Notes: a model not told the origin generated them from the letters alone. 64,000 nt of DNA from an uncultured virus (IMG/VR IMGVR_UViG_3300043438_001049) (IMGVR_UViG_3300043438_001049), one strand, 5' to 3'. Counted from the stretch's first letter, positions 1 through 10,242 are shown. Translations and numbers: made by a program.

Positions 1-628
1 TAACCGTAGTTCCACCAACACAACCAGAGATATACCAAGTTGTTGCAACAGGTGTTGGAGTAGGTGTTGTACAAGTTACTGATGGATATCCTGAAGAACT
101 TGCTGCAGTAATATTGGTTGCAGTTGGGTGAACTTCTAGAAGATTATCAAGGGCTCTTCCTGATGTTGGACCTTCTCCATAAACAGGACTTCCATTAACG
201 CAACCAGAGATGTACCAAGTAACAGGTGTTGGTGTTGGTGTTGGTACACATTCTGCAGGAATTCCCAATAAAGTAACAATTTCAGCACTTGACAAGTTTG
301 ATATTGTAGTTGTTCCTGTAATGTTTGTAATTCCTGATCCTGTAGGAGGTGTTCCATAAGCGCCTGAATAAGCAGTCGTTGATCCGTTACATGTTACATA
401 AATATCATAAATTGTAACCTCTGGTGTTGGTGTTACAGGAGTTACAGGAGTTACAGGAGTTACAGGAGTTACAGGAGTTACAGGAGTTACAGGAGTTACA
501 GGAGTTACAGGAGTTACAGGAGTAACTGGAGTTACAGGAGTAGGTGCTACAGGAGTAGGTGCTACAGGAGTAGGTGTTGCTGCTAAAAATATTCCTATAC
601 CACTTGGGCCACGAAATAATGGACTCAT
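1..628 (-). CDS. Pro/Thr-rich repeat protein with Cys-containing modules (probable virion/adhesin protein), runs off window start
   Basis: Not in ORF track; ATG at 628 opens a stop-free frame to position 1: [31 protein letters not shown](VTP)n...TWYISGCV (module seen twice). Confidence 0.75.
   Translation of the reverse strand, partial: MSPLFRGPSGIGIFLAATPTPVAPTPVAPTPVTPVTPVTPVTPVTPVTPVTPVTPVTPVTPVTPVTPTPEVTIYDIYVTCNGSTTAYSGAYGTPPTGSGITNITGTTTISNLSSAEIVTLLGIPAECVPTPTPTPVTWYISGCVNGSPVYGEGPTSGRALDNLLEVHPTATNITAASSSGYPSVTCTTPTPTPVATTWYISGCVGGTTV
432..539. repeat. 9-bp tandem repeat (GTTACAGGA) x10 plus 1 variant plus 1 copy, encoding (PVT)n
   Basis: Read directly from sequence. Confidence 0.95.
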
Positions 629-646
629 GATTCTACCTGTTTACTA

Positions 647-1405
647 CTAAGCAAACTTGTTCTGTGATGCAAGAGCAGTAAATGTTGCTGCACCTGTTTT
701 CCTAATTGTATAAACATAAACATCTGTTGAGTTAATGTTTCCTGAAGAAGGGGCTATTCCACCTAACCATTTAGGAGTTACTGATGCACCATCAACAGTA
801 AGTGCTGTTGGGTAATATGCAGTTCCACTTTGAGGAGATTCAAATACAACAGAGATTTGCTGACCTGTTGCCATTAATGAATTAAGAGTAGTTGTTGCAT
901 TGCCACGAATATTTATTGTCCAATTTGCGACGGCATTGGAAGTACGAATATCAATAGAAGAAGTAGCAACATCAATATCAATTGCTCCAGTTGCTGCTGT
1001 TGCAGAAATAGTTGTTAATTCTTTTGGTGATACAAGTGAAGATTGATCAACTCCGTCTACATAAGACTTTGTTGCTAAAAGAGAAGTATCTGCTATACCA
1101 TGGACATTTGTTGTAGATAAATTATGTGTTGTAATTGCAGCATTTCTGGCTAATACTTCTGCTGCATCTGCTGCAGTTCTATTTACTACTTCAAGAGCAT
1201 CTGCATCTACAAGATTCTGTAAATGTTTTGCAATAGATGGGGTTAAAAGGTTTGCGGTATTTGTATTTGAACCGTCATAGGCATAAGATCCATAGTGGTA
1301 AAGTCTTAACGCTGCTTGAATATCGGCTGCATCTGAAAGACCAGGAATTTTGGCATTGAATAGCCCAGTACCACCAACGGTATTGTCAATATTCTCTGCT
1401 GCCAC
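647..1405 (-). CDS. Putative tail fiber/virion structural protein
   Basis: Ala/Thr/Asn-rich; VHGIADTS repeat motif and C-terminal '[21 protein letters not shown]' typical of phage tail accessory proteins. Confidence 0.6.
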   Translation of the reverse strand: MAAENIDNTVGGTGLFNAKIPGLSDAADIQAALRLYHYGSYAYDGSNTNTANLLTPSIAKHLQNLVDADALEVVNRTAADAAEVLARNAAITTHNLSTTNVHGIADTSLLATKSYVDGVDQSSLVSPKELTTISATAATGAIDIDVATSSIDIRTSNAVANWTINIRGNATTTLNSLMATGQQISVVFESPQSGTAYYPTALTVDGASVTPKWLGGIAPSSGNINSTDVYVYTIRKTGAATFTALASQNKFA

Positions 1406-1424
1406 TATAAATCACCCTTTTTCA

Positions 1425-2021
1425 TTATACCACCGTAATAAATAGGTGGACACGCTTAGGGCCAGTTATAGGTCCCCAAGTTGTTCCATCATATTCTACA
1501 CCCTCTATTTCAAGTGGTAATGCTCTAATGCTTCCATCATCTACAACATCTTTTACTATAAGGTTTGTTGCCAAGGCTCCTGCAGTATCTGGAGATGAAA
1601 TTGAATACTGAATACTAAAACTTGCAGATGTAAGATTTACGTCGCTTGCAATTTCTGTTACATTAATTGGCGGAATAGTGAGTTTTCCATTTGCAGCAGT
1701 TACATCTTTTACAGCAGAATAAAAATTTGTCTTTAAACTAAGCATTTCAGTCCACTGTGTTCCAGTTGTTGTTGCTATTCTTTGAAATACTGTTTTATAT
1801 GTATCTGAGTATGGATTATAGTCAATTGCAATATCTAACGCTTCAATTCCTGTTGGAAGGTTAAGTATATCTGCATGAACATTTGCATCTTGAGGGTTTC
1901 CGTTTGATCCTACAATAATACTTCCACGATCACCCTGTGGTCCTATGTCTAAATCAAGACTTATACTTTCTGGTCCACCAAAAACTGTAAGGTCATCATT
2001 AGATAATAAAATATCTGCCAT
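1425..2021 (-). CDS. Hypothetical virion protein
   Basis: 198-aa ORF in structural cluster, coupled to upstream ORF. Confidence 0.55.
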   Translation of the reverse strand: MADILLSNDDLTVFGGPESISLDLDIGPQGDRGSIIVGSNGNPQDANVHADILNLPTGIEALDIAIDYNPYSDTYKTVFQRIATTTGTQWTEMLSLKTNFYSAVKDVTAANGKLTIPPINVTEIASDVNLTSASFSIQYSISSPDTAGALATNLIVKDVVDDGSIRALPLEIEGVEYDGTTWGPITGPKRVHLFITVV

Positions 2022-2473
2022 TAAGCACCTGTAACTTGATCCGTAATTGTTATTTTACCAGTTAAAAGTGTATGAACAAGGTCATATGTTCCGCTTCCTG
2101 ATGCTCCTGCTGGCTTTCTTACCTCAACGTCATAAATATATTCTACGCCTGCAACTAAAACTGAAGAATCACTTGATCGGATTGCACATTGGACAAAAGT
2201 GTTGTCATCTGAAATTCTTGCAAAGCATGTAACTCTTTGAGCCAGTTGTGCAGTAGTTAAAGTTCCTCTTGCTGGTGCAATAGTAAATCTTGCGCTTTCA
2301 TATGGCAAAACTGATGGAGAAACATTATCTATTGGGTCTGAATTATAGTTTGAGTTTGTATCATAAAATGCACTTAGGTCAAAAACCGTTCCATCGTTCT
2401 TTTTCGGGTAGATACGAAACTCAAAGGTGTCACCCTTATAGTAATTAAAGTCGTAGGTTGCTGGAAATGCCAT
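2021..2473 (-). CDS. BppU-N-like/baseplate-associated virion protein
   Basis: GDTF...YIYDVEV...LLTGKITI pattern; leaderless promoter TGGTATAAT 6 nt upstream. Confidence 0.5.
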   Translation of the reverse strand: MAFPATYDFNYYKGDTFEFRIYPKKNDGTVFDLSAFYDTNSNYNSDPIDNVSPSVLPYESARFTIAPARGTLTTAQLAQRVTCFARISDDNTFVQCAIRSSDSSVLVAGVEYIYDVEVRKPAGASGSGTYDLVHTLLTGKITITDQVTGA

Positions 2474-2480
2474 GGTTTTA

Positions 2481-3212
2481 TTATACCACGCTGACGTAGA
2501 CAGAATTGAATATTACAGATGAATCAAAGTCTGTTCTAATTTGTGGAACAGCGCCATTGCCCCACATTGCTTGGTTTTCAATAAATATTTGTTGAGTGAC
2601 TGAAAGATTATAAGTATTCTGATATTTAAATGATCCTACTAATTGTACAAACTCCTGATCATTGCTTGCAAAATAGGTTCTTAGCCAAACCTCTGTATTT
2701 GAGGTATATGTGGTTAGTTCAAAGTTATATGTTACGGATATTTGGGAGCCTTCTTTTATACCGTGAAAGTTTAAGGCTCTCTGGTGGCTATTCCAAAGAC
2801 TGGTACAGCCTGCTGGAAGGTATTTTTCATTTTGACTCTTATCTTTTGTGTCTAATAAAAGAGTTACCCAACCATCGTCTCCTTGAGAGATACCAAGTTT
2901 GATTGGTTTTTCAATAGTGTTTGTATATGAGGCCCAACCTGCTTGTTGTCCAGATGATGACAATGAACTTTGGCCATTGACTCCTGCTGGACCACGATCT
3001 CCTTTAGGGCCAGGATTTCCCTGTGCTCCTTGCAATCCTTGTTCGCCATTTCTGCCATCTCTACCTGCAGGTCCTTGTGGTCCGACTGGGCCAGGGACTG
3101 GAAGAAATGAAATAGCATTATCTACAGTAGGATATGTTTGACTTTGTTCTACTTGTGCAGCATAAGAAGATTTTTTTGCACCTGGGAAATCCATAGATTT
3201 AGAAACAGCCAT
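2481..3212 (-). CDS. Collagen-like (Gly-X-Y) repeat tail fiber protein
   Basis: GPVGPQGPAGRDGRNGEQGLQGAQGNPGPKGDRGPAG. Confidence 0.75.
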   Translation of the reverse strand: MAVSKSMDFPGAKKSSYAAQVEQSQTYPTVDNAISFLPVPGPVGPQGPAGRDGRNGEQGLQGAQGNPGPKGDRGPAGVNGQSSLSSSGQQAGWASYTNTIEKPIKLGISQGDDGWVTLLLDTKDKSQNEKYLPAGCTSLWNSHQRALNFHGIKEGSQISVTYNFELTTYTSNTEVWLRTYFASNDQEFVQLVGSFKYQNTYNLSVTQQIFIENQAMWGNGAVPQIRTDFDSSVIFNSVYVSVV

Positions 3213-3232
3213 GGAGTTATTATCTCACTATA

Positions 3233-4057
3233 TTAAGTCAGTGACTCTATAGATGTAATGATTCCGTTGGTAACTGTAACCATCTTGCTATCTGAGGTTT
3301 GGAATGTTCCTGTTGCTCCCGTTGGTAAATCACCAATAGTTGCAATTTGATTATCAGCAACAGTTGGATCATCTAAGAATTCTCCACCATCTCCAGATAT
3401 AACAACAGTGTCAGGAGCAAGTAAAAATAAAGGATCTGCATCTTTACCATAAAGTCCATTAACTTTTATTAAACTGTCTGGTGCTGGGCCAGTTAATAAT
3501 CCATCAGATCCAAATACCCATTGGTTTTCAGATACTTCTTCTCCAGGCGGTCTTGTGCTTACCAATACTAATCTTTCTTCATCAGAAACAAGAACTTTAT
3601 TTCTTTCTCCACCAATAACAAAAGTGCTGTTTTTAGAGAAAATGTCCCACTCGGCAGTGTTACCAACTGGATCTGCTAAACCACCATTTGCTTTTGCAAT
3701 GTATAGATTGTTATCGCTTCCTCTTACAACTGCAAGATCTGTAATGTATCCATTACCTGAAATATAGTTTCCTAAGTATACAAGTCCGCTAGAACCATTT
3801 GTTCCATCTGCACCTTTTGCTGCAAGCAAGTTCCAGATAAATCCTTGTGCAGGTGTGTCTCCAACGTTTCCACCATTTGCATTAGCACGGTACCAAAGTT
3901 GTCCATCGTATGTTGCTAAATCTCCAACAGCATATGCTGCGCCACCACTGTATTCTCCAGTGTAATTCCAAATAGCATCTGCCCCATCTTCTCCTGGTGT
4001 ACCAGGTGCTCCTGGAGTCCCGTCTCCGCTACCACCTGTTGTAGTAAAACGTGCCAT
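3233..4057 (-). CDS. Tail fiber-like protein with short collagen repeat and carbohydrate-binding-module-like repeats
   Basis: GTPGAPGTPGEDG; YAVGDLATYDGQLWY motif repeated in degenerate form. Confidence 0.6.
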   Translation of the reverse strand: MARFTTTGGSGDGTPGAPGTPGEDGADAIWNYTGEYSGGAAYAVGDLATYDGQLWYRANANGGNVGDTPAQGFIWNLLAAKGADGTNGSSGLVYLGNYISGNGYITDLAVVRGSDNNLYIAKANGGLADPVGNTAEWDIFSKNSTFVIGGERNKVLVSDEERLVLVSTRPPGEEVSENQWVFGSDGLLTGPAPDSLIKVNGLYGKDADPLFLLAPDTVVISGDGGEFLDDPTVADNQIATIGDLPTGATGTFQTSDSKMVTVTNGIITSIESLT

Positions 4058-4059
4058 GA

Positions 4060-4332
4060 TTAATCAAGTCCCATTTTAAATAATGCAACTTTAGAGTTGT
4101 TGGTATCTGTGATTGCATATAGCGCATCTAGTCCAGGTAGTTCTACAGACCATGCTGAGCCAGGGGCAAGACGGTATCCGTAATCAGATGCTGTCACTCC
4201 TTCTCCTCCAAGGTATACATATGCAGAAGCATCTACATTTTGAATTGTAATATCCATTCCAGAATGCATTCCGTTTGGAGTTAGTCTGGTAGCAGAAGCG
4301 CTACTAAGAGTTGTAAGGGCATGAGTTGTCAT
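4060..4332 (-). CDS. Hypothetical virion protein
   Basis: 90-aa beta-rich ORF; leaderless promoter. Confidence 0.55.
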   Translation of the reverse strand: MTTHALTTLSSASATRLTPNGMHSGMDITIQNVDASAYVYLGGEGVTASDYGYRLAPGSAWSVELPGLDALYAITDTNNSKVALFKMGLD

Positions 4333-4430
4333 GCCTAGATTATATCACCTATTTACTTTGAAAGTTTTATCTTTAATTCTAACCAGCGTGGGCAACTCAG
4401 GTCTTGGAGTTGATATTTTAACTACTGCCA

Positions 4431-4811
4431 TTAGAGACTACCTGTTACATCTCCAATTACTGAGATGGTTCCAATCAAAGGTGTCCAAATTGTTTCTACG
4501 TCAATAGTTACTTGAAGGTCAAAAGTTAATTCTGTTACAACTGATTTATAACCAGTACCCCATAATTCAGTAATAGATGCTGGAGCCATAATGTCTACAT
4601 ATCCACTTCCTGCCGTAACTTCCAGGGTATCAAGAGCATCAGACTGAGGATCATAAGTAGTAGCCTCAAAGGTCCAATCAGAAGTATCAAAATATGTTAC
4701 TTCGTCATCTTCTAAAAATTCAACACGAAGCGGGGAGGTATCTCCTCTAACGATTTGCCATTTAATTCTGGCTGGATCTGCTCCAAAAACTTCTGGTCCA
4801 TGCATAGTCAT
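4431..4811 (-). CDS. Virion protein (LtfC/BppU-like fold)
   Basis: IVRGDT...FDLQVT...GTISV pattern. Confidence 0.45.
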   Translation of the reverse strand: MTMHGPEVFGADPARIKWQIVRGDTSPLRVEFLEDDEVTYFDTSDWTFEATTYDPQSDALDTLEVTAGSGYVDIMAPASITELWGTGYKSVVTELTFDLQVTIDVETIWTPLIGTISVIGDVTGSL

Positions 4812-4835
4812 AATGTGATTATACCATAAAAAAGA

Positions 4836-4878
4836 CTAATACCTTGATTGGTGGGTATAGGACAAACCAAGGTATTAG
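4836..4878 (-). terminator. Long hairpin followed by U-tract, preceded by its own extended -10 promoter (terminator or small RNA)
   Basis: CTAATACCTTG / CAAGGTATTAG inverted repeat; TCTTTTTT downstream on minus strand. Confidence 0.55.
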
Positions 4879-5077
4879 CCAGTAATAAAAGTATACCATA
4901 ATAGACAAAACGGACATAACATTTAAAGTTATCAAATTGTTATAATAGACAATGTCCGATTTGTTACCATATGTCTTTTATGCCAGGTATTGAATAGTGT
5001 ATACTAAATATATATAAGAAAAAAAAGAACTATCTTTATAGTTTTACAAACTATCTTTATATATAGTATATAGCAAA

Positions 5078-5362
5078 TTATTTATCATTAGCAGCAATGT
5101 GCTTAATTAGAATTTCGTACATTTCGTCAAGTTTCTTTTCTTGGCGATCTCTAGATTTGATAGAGTCAATTCTCTGTTCGTCAACAGCACTTTCTAATCT
5201 ATTAATTTGATCTTTTACCGATGATCCGCCATTAGTTTTAAGTTCGTAAAGATAATGCTTTACAAGCCACTTGATTCCAAAGGCAATTGATGATACAATT
5301 GTAAGTATTGCTACTATTAAGGAAGCCCAGTCTTGAATTGTCATAACTATATTATTATACAT
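5078..5362 (-). CDS. Small membrane protein with coiled coil (holin-like); probable start at 5344
   Basis: N-terminal TM helix, NGGSS motif, coiled coil. Confidence 0.55.
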   Translation of the reverse strand: MYNNIVMTIQDWASLIVAILTIVSSIAFGIKWLVKHYLYELKTNGGSSVKDQINRLESAVDEQRIDSIKSRDRQEKKLDEMYEILIKHIAANDK

Positions 5363-5376
5363 GGAGTTTATTAAAA

Positions 5377-6147
5377 ATGAAGACAGACATACTCAATACA
5401 TTAGAGCATTCGACGAATCTTATTATATCCCCTGACATGGATGGCTTTATGACCGCAAAATTATTAGAGCGTTTTAACGGTTCGCAAATAGTAGGCTCAT
5501 ATGACAAAAATATTTTATGTCTCGCCGACGGGATCAATCCAGAAGAATGTCTGTTCGTCGACTGCGATATGAATCGGCAAGAGTATGTATCTCTCGGCAA
5601 TCATATGCGACTCTTGGAAGATAATATGTCCGTCGAGTCGTTTAATCCAAATGTTCACTTTGGCGTCACGACATATAGCGACAAGTTTCCTTTCGCAACC
5701 GCCTTTTTGATAAGTTTCGCAACAGAGGTTCAAACCTCCAATCTTGACCTCATACGCATGGCTTTCGCTGACTCAACTCTCAAGAACATGGAGAAATACA
5801 GCGAGAACATGCGAAACTGGTCAACACGGATGGATCATCCTGCAGTACAGTACATAATGGACAATTCGGACATTGCAAGAAAAAATGATGCACAGGCAAG
5901 GTTTGATTATGTTGATCAATCATTTACTTCTAAACGATACGGCAAGCAACGATACCTGGATACCCTTAATAACGCCCTAGAAGGTCAGGGTATGAAGTTT
6001 AAACCACTAACTATGGGTAGTAAGTACATATGCGACAAAGTTGGCAAAGAAACCGTTATAAGGTATAATAGAGATATCATCTCTTATGCAGAGATATTTA
6101 CAGGAGAGTATTCTGTAACTTACAACCAAGAAAAGGAATGGGTATGA
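5377..6147 (+). CDS. Divergent DHH-phosphoesterase-like protein
   Basis: SPDMDG, FVDCD and GNH motifs resemble DHH motifs I-III. Confidence 0.45.
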   Translation: MKTDILNTLEHSTNLIISPDMDGFMTAKLLERFNGSQIVGSYDKNILCLADGINPEECLFVDCDMNRQEYVSLGNHMRLLEDNMSVESFNPNVHFGVTTYSDKFPFATAFLISFATEVQTSNLDLIRMAFADSTLKNMEKYSENMRNWSTRMDHPAVQYIMDNSDIARKNDAQARFDYVDQSFTSKRYGKQRYLDTLNNALEGQGMKFKPLTMGSKYICDKVGKETVIRYNRDIISYAEIFTGEYSVTYNQEKEWV

Positions 6148-6329
6148 ATAAAGAAGAAATTATTGACATGATGGTAGAGAGTATTACTGCTGATAACAGA
6201 GAACTTTGCAAGCAAAACAATATGAGCGATGAAGAAGCAGAAGCGCAAATTTCACAAGTACATCCAACGTTAGTATACATGGCTTCAAATATTTACGCAA
6301 AATTGAAAGAAGGTGGCGCACTTGCCTAA
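6138..6329 (+). CDS. Hypothetical protein
   Basis: Coupled small ORF. Confidence 0.5.
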   Translation: MGMNKEEIIDMMVESITADNRELCKQNNMSDEEAEAQISQVHPTLVYMASNIYAKLKEGGALA

Positions 6330-6525
6330 ATATTATTACAAACCAATTTTTGAAAAAGTCCAAGAAGCATATCTGGCAAATGCCAAAAAAGACTACGAGC
6401 CAGGAATTTATATTGAGTCTAATGTGGATATTGTTGTAAATGCAGATTCAGAAGAGCATGCAAATATGATTTGCTATGGGTTTATTGATGTAGGTATGTG
6501 GAAATTATATCAAATTAAGGATTAA
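6313..6525 (+). CDS. Hypothetical protein
   Basis: Coupled small ORF. Confidence 0.45.
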   Translation: MAHLPKYYYKPIFEKVQEAYLANAKKDYEPGIYIESNVDIVVNADSEEHANMICYGFIDVGMWKLYQIKD

Positions 6526-6975
6526 GGTTTAGGCCATATTTTTTACAAATTGGGCTATCTCATGTGCTGCTTCATGATGTGTACCGTGAAATTTTAACTC
6601 GATCTGGTTTGCAATATGTTGTCTAAGTCTTTGCTCGATATTAAATAGCAAAACCGCTTGTTTTTGTTCTGGAGTTAACTCTTGATGATCACTATTCATT
6701 TTTGCAAGAACATCCTGAGCAACAAGTTTCTGAAAATATTTTTACAGCCAACGAAGAGTCGTCTGTAGGTCTGCCCATATTGTCTGTTGATTGCATGGGT
6801 TTGGATTCGAATAAGAAATCGTTATCCCAGGCATTTTCTAGATTGTCCAGAATTCCCATTTAATTATTCCTGTGGTGCACTCATATGAGGATTAGTGCAT
6901 GTGCATGCTTTGCAGCAGTTATCACCATCATAATTTGTTTCGGTCATAGATATATTATAGCACCATTCTGAAAAA

Positions 6976-7572
6976 TTATTTTTTTAAGTAATCTATCATT
7001 CTTTGAAGGATCTCTACGCTGTCTTTGGCATTACCTAGCGCAGCATTACAGTGATGACACAACAAACCTCTAATACAATTACCACAGGCCCTAGTTCCAG
7101 GACAGCAGGAATGATTATGGTCTACAGATAGGCGCTTTCTAAATGTACTTTCTTTTAAACCACAAATCCTACAACTATAGTCTTGATCTTCTAGCATTTT
7201 ATGATATTGCTCCATTGTCAAACCATATCTTTCAATATTTCTTGTATGTCTAAGTATGGGAGCACAAGTAATACAATATGATAATTCTTTATATTTAACG
7301 TTTTTAGATTGCTTCATTTCCTCTTGAGGAAAATACTCTCCACAGTTTCGACAATGAATATTGCCAGAAGAGTCTAATTTTCTAGGAAATATACGTGTGG
7401 CATCATTTTCTTTAATGTCATATGCCTTTACACAAACCTTGCACCAAGGCTTTAGTTTATCTTGTGCTTTAGAGTACTTGTGAAAATGTAAGGGTTTTTT
7501 ATATTCCCTGCAATTTGTACATTGCTTTTGGCCTTTGTCATTGTATTGAACTTTTGTGTATTCTTTTCTCAT
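6976..7572 (-). CDS. Endonuclease VII-family (HNH) nuclease with N-terminal Zn fingers
   Basis: RYGLT...QDYSCRICG...LSVDHNH...IRGLLCHHCNAALG. Confidence 0.85.
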   Translation of the reverse strand: MRKEYTKVQYNDKGQKQCTNCREYKKPLHFHKYSKAQDKLKPWCKVCVKAYDIKENDATRIFPRKLDSSGNIHCRNCGEYFPQEEMKQSKNVKYKELSYCITCAPILRHTRNIERYGLTMEQYHKMLEDQDYSCRICGLKESTFRKRLSVDHNHSCCPGTRACGNCIRGLLCHHCNAALGNAKDSVEILQRMIDYLKK

Positions 7573-7726
7573 ACTATAAGTATATCATAAAATTCAGATT
7601 TATTCAGATTTCTATATTGACACTTTTTGGAATATTTTATTCAGATGTACGATACACACTATACAGAAAATGCACACAAAAAAATAGTGCGCCCATAACA
7701 GACGCACTAGATCTTGGGAAAACCTT

Positions 7727-7909
7727 CTACTTCATTCTACCCTGTATCCATCCATTGTGTATACCTATGATGGGTGCATCAATACATACCGCCACACCTT
7801 GGTGTAGGGTGCTTCCCATCAATTCAATGAACTCGTGTACATGCTCCTTGGTATCGAATTCCATACCCCGCGTTGTACCGCTTGTTGTTGTTAGTGTTAA
7901 TTTAATCAT
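7727..7909 (-). CDS. Hypothetical early protein
   Basis: Small ORF with SD-like GAAAGG. Confidence 0.5.
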   Translation of the reverse strand: MIKLTLTTTSGTTRGMEFDTKEHVHEFIELMGSTLHQGVAVCIDAPIIGIHNGWIQGRMK

Positions 7910-8051
7910 TGTGTTACCTTTCGCATGTGTGCTACTACATTGACAGAAACCTTTTGTAGGTCTGCTACTACCTTGTTCATTTCATCTGCTGAGTTAGCAG
8001 TAAGCCCTGCGCCTAGTAATTGTGCGCCGTCCCATAGTGAGTAAGTGATAG

Positions 8052-8237
8052 TCATTTGATAAGCCCTCTTTTCTTTAGCAATTCTTGAGCCTTAGCGATT
8101 TGCTCAGGTGTAGCGTTGCGATAAGCGTTAATTGTTTCTCTTATCCATGGTGACTTAGCCATAGCCTTTTCATGGGCTTCATGGCGAGCAATAGCCTGCT
8201 CTGCTTGTATTCTATTTAGTGTATTCATCTTGAACAC
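8052..8237 (-). CDS. Hypothetical early protein
   Basis: Downstream of TTGACT-17-TATACT promoter; SD GAAAGG. Confidence 0.5.
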   Translation of the reverse strand: MFKMNTLNRIQAEQAIARHEAHEKAMAKSPWIRETINAYRNATPEQIAKAQELLKKRGLIK

Positions 8238-8251
8238 CTTTCTTTATTTTG

Positions 8252-8483
8252 TATACTGCAAGTATAACAGAGAAATGTCAAAAAGTCAAGTCCTAGCACG
8301 GCGTGTCGCATGTGATGTCCGTCACACGGCACGTGTCAAATCGACACACCGATAACCTCACTATTGTTACGCAATCGTTATAATTCTCCCTAATAATGTG
8401 ACCTACCTCTCATGTGATACACCTCACAATGTCCTTAATGTCCGTTTTGCACCCCTCAATTTGTCAGACCCCCCTGCTATACT
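8252..8483. promoter_or_regulatory. Divergent promoter hub with CRP-type sites, CACGTG and GACAC boxes
   Basis: Minus promoter 8252-8289; TGTGA-N6-TCACA at 8311 and 8413 (near match at 8397); CACGTG 8330; plus promoter TGTCAG-N10-TATACT 8462-8483. Confidence 0.75.
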
Positions 8484-8529
8484 TACAGTATAAAGAAACA
8501 CAAGCGGTAAAGAAATCCGCTAAAGAAAG

Positions 8530-8721
8530 GTGGTCAATATGACTACATTAGATAAAACAACAGTATGCGTAGAGCATAACCCTTATTTCACCGCTATCTC
8601 AGAGGTCGGAGATGTGCAATACACATTCTGCCAAGATTGCGAACAGAATATAGACCGCTTTTGGCTAGACTATGGAATGGAACGACTACCAGAGTGGTCA
8701 GATTGGTCGGTTACTAAATGA
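8530..8721 (+). CDS. Small Cys/His Zn-finger-like early protein
   Basis: CxxH...CxxC. Confidence 0.55.
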   Translation: MVNMTTLDKTTVCVEHNPYFTAISEVGDVQYTFCQDCEQNIDRFWLDYGMERLPEWSDWSVTK

Positions 8722-8918
8722 ACGACACTAATCAATTCTTAGACACTATGCAATTCATAGATGAGCAAGGCTTATGCGCTATGGATAACATCTGCGCTTT
8801 TTGCATAACACTATTTGACGGGTGGAATAGATTTTGCCCAGCATGTAAGGACTACAAGGGCGTTATGGCTCTCCCTGATTTTATCAACACTTATGGAAAG
8901 GAAGGACTCAAGAGATGA
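8718..8918 (+). CDS. Small Zn-ribbon early protein
   Basis: CAFC...CPAC. Confidence 0.55.
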   Translation: MNDTNQFLDTMQFIDEQGLCAMDNICAFCITLFDGWNRFCPACKDYKGVMALPDFINTYGKEGLKR

Positions 8919-9407
8919 GTACCTATGTACCAATTAAATCCGTATGTGGTGCGGTAACTACCACAATCGACCAGTATGACTATGACCTAAACCCTCATGG
9001 TGTTATCTGTTGCGATAACTGTAACTCTATCGTGTTATGCCGTAAGGCTTGGGATTTCCTATACAAGGAGGTTAAGTAATGAATAACTATGAGTTTAATG
9101 TCTATGTAACAGTAGAGGCAGAGTCCTATGATGAGGCCATTGATGTATTCGAGTTTCAATTAAAATACGGAATAAATAAAGATAATGTTTATTGTGCAGA
9201 TATAAAAGATTTGGGGATAAGCGAATGAAAACACTTCAAGAAAAACTTGACGCAGTAGCGTTAGAATTAGAGCCAGTACTTTGGGAATTACTAAATGAAA
9301 TCGAGGATAAATAAATTGTTATTAGTTTTAATTGCAATGATTGTGTTTGGCTTTTTGTATTCACTCTAGTAGTAAAGATCGCATGGATAAATACCCTGCG
9401 ATTTTTG

Positions 9408-9640
9408 CACGTGGCGGTTATCCACAAGGGGTGTGTATAACTAATGTGTTTAAGGTCACACCTTTATTTCCCCCATTTACGGCGTGTCGATTTGACTTTT
9501 TGACATTTCTTTGCTATACTTCTAGTATAACAATTAAATAATGACTAATTAAGCAATGAGCCTTAGCAAATAAATGTGACCAGTATCACAATGAGCCTAA
9601 GCAAATAAGTGCCCAATTTGTCAGACCCCCCTGTTATACT
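9408..9640 (+). promoter_or_regulatory. Cassette header: CACGTG, inverted DnaA-box pair, CRP-type sites, two promoters
   Basis: CACGTG 9408; TTATCCACA 9418; TGTGTATAA 9432; TGTGT-N6-TCACA 9445; TTGACT-17-TATACT 9492-9520; TGTGA-N6-TCACA 9575; TGTCAG-N10-TATACT 9619-9640. Confidence 0.8.
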
Positions 9641-9673
9641 TATATTAACAAACAAACGAAAGGTAGTCACTAA

Positions 9674-9859
9674 ATGACTTACACTGTAAAACTCGAAACC
9701 TATTCAGGTTCCGTAAAAAATATCCCCCTATCAACTAAAGGACAGGTTGCAGATTTTATCTCTAACTATCCTAATGCGTTACCTGTTGGCGTATCTGTTA
9801 AAGTATCTTGCGACATGCTAGGTATTCGTGGAACACTTAGAGGAAAGGCACTTATCTAA
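9674..9859 (+). CDS. Hypothetical early protein
   Basis: SD GAAAGG; downstream of promoter. Confidence 0.55.
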   Translation: MTYTVKLETYSGSVKNIPLSTKGQVADFISNYPNALPVGVSVKVSCDMLGIRGTLRGKALI

Positions 9860-10032
9860 TGATAAACTCAGTACTCTCTATCCCTTGCGAAGAATGCCAC
9901 GCAACAGGTTTAATCTTTTTTGGCGATGAAGATAATTTCGATGTAGAATCTTGCGTATGCGATTTTGGCATGGAGCAAGACCTTAATTTATTCAATACAC
10001 CCGAATCAAACTAAAGAATAGGAAATAAAAAA

Positions 10033-10242
10033 ATGACAGTATCAATCGAACACAACCTAAAGTTTATCACAGAGGTAGACGAGACTCACCCCGTAGGAAT
10101 GCAACTGCTTAGACTTTCAGAGTCAATGCAAATTGTAATGCTTGAAGGAATGCTAAAAGAGTTACTTGCTCCCCGCATTCAACCCGCCATTGATGAATTA
10201 AATGCTAATGGTTCATATGCAATTCTTAAGGTGGTCAAATAA
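10033..10242 (+). CDS. Hypothetical early protein
   Basis: ORF track, SD. Confidence 0.55.
   Translation: MTVSIEHNLKFITEVDETHPVGMQLLRLSESMQIVMLEGMLKELLAPRIQPAIDELNANGSYAILKVVK

Noticed and set aside
136..357. 73-aa ORF in track
   Set aside because: Alternative frame of the longer Pro/Thr-rich gene 1-628
432..539. Tandem repeat as CRISPR array
   Set aside because: 9-bp units with no spacers; in-frame coding repeat
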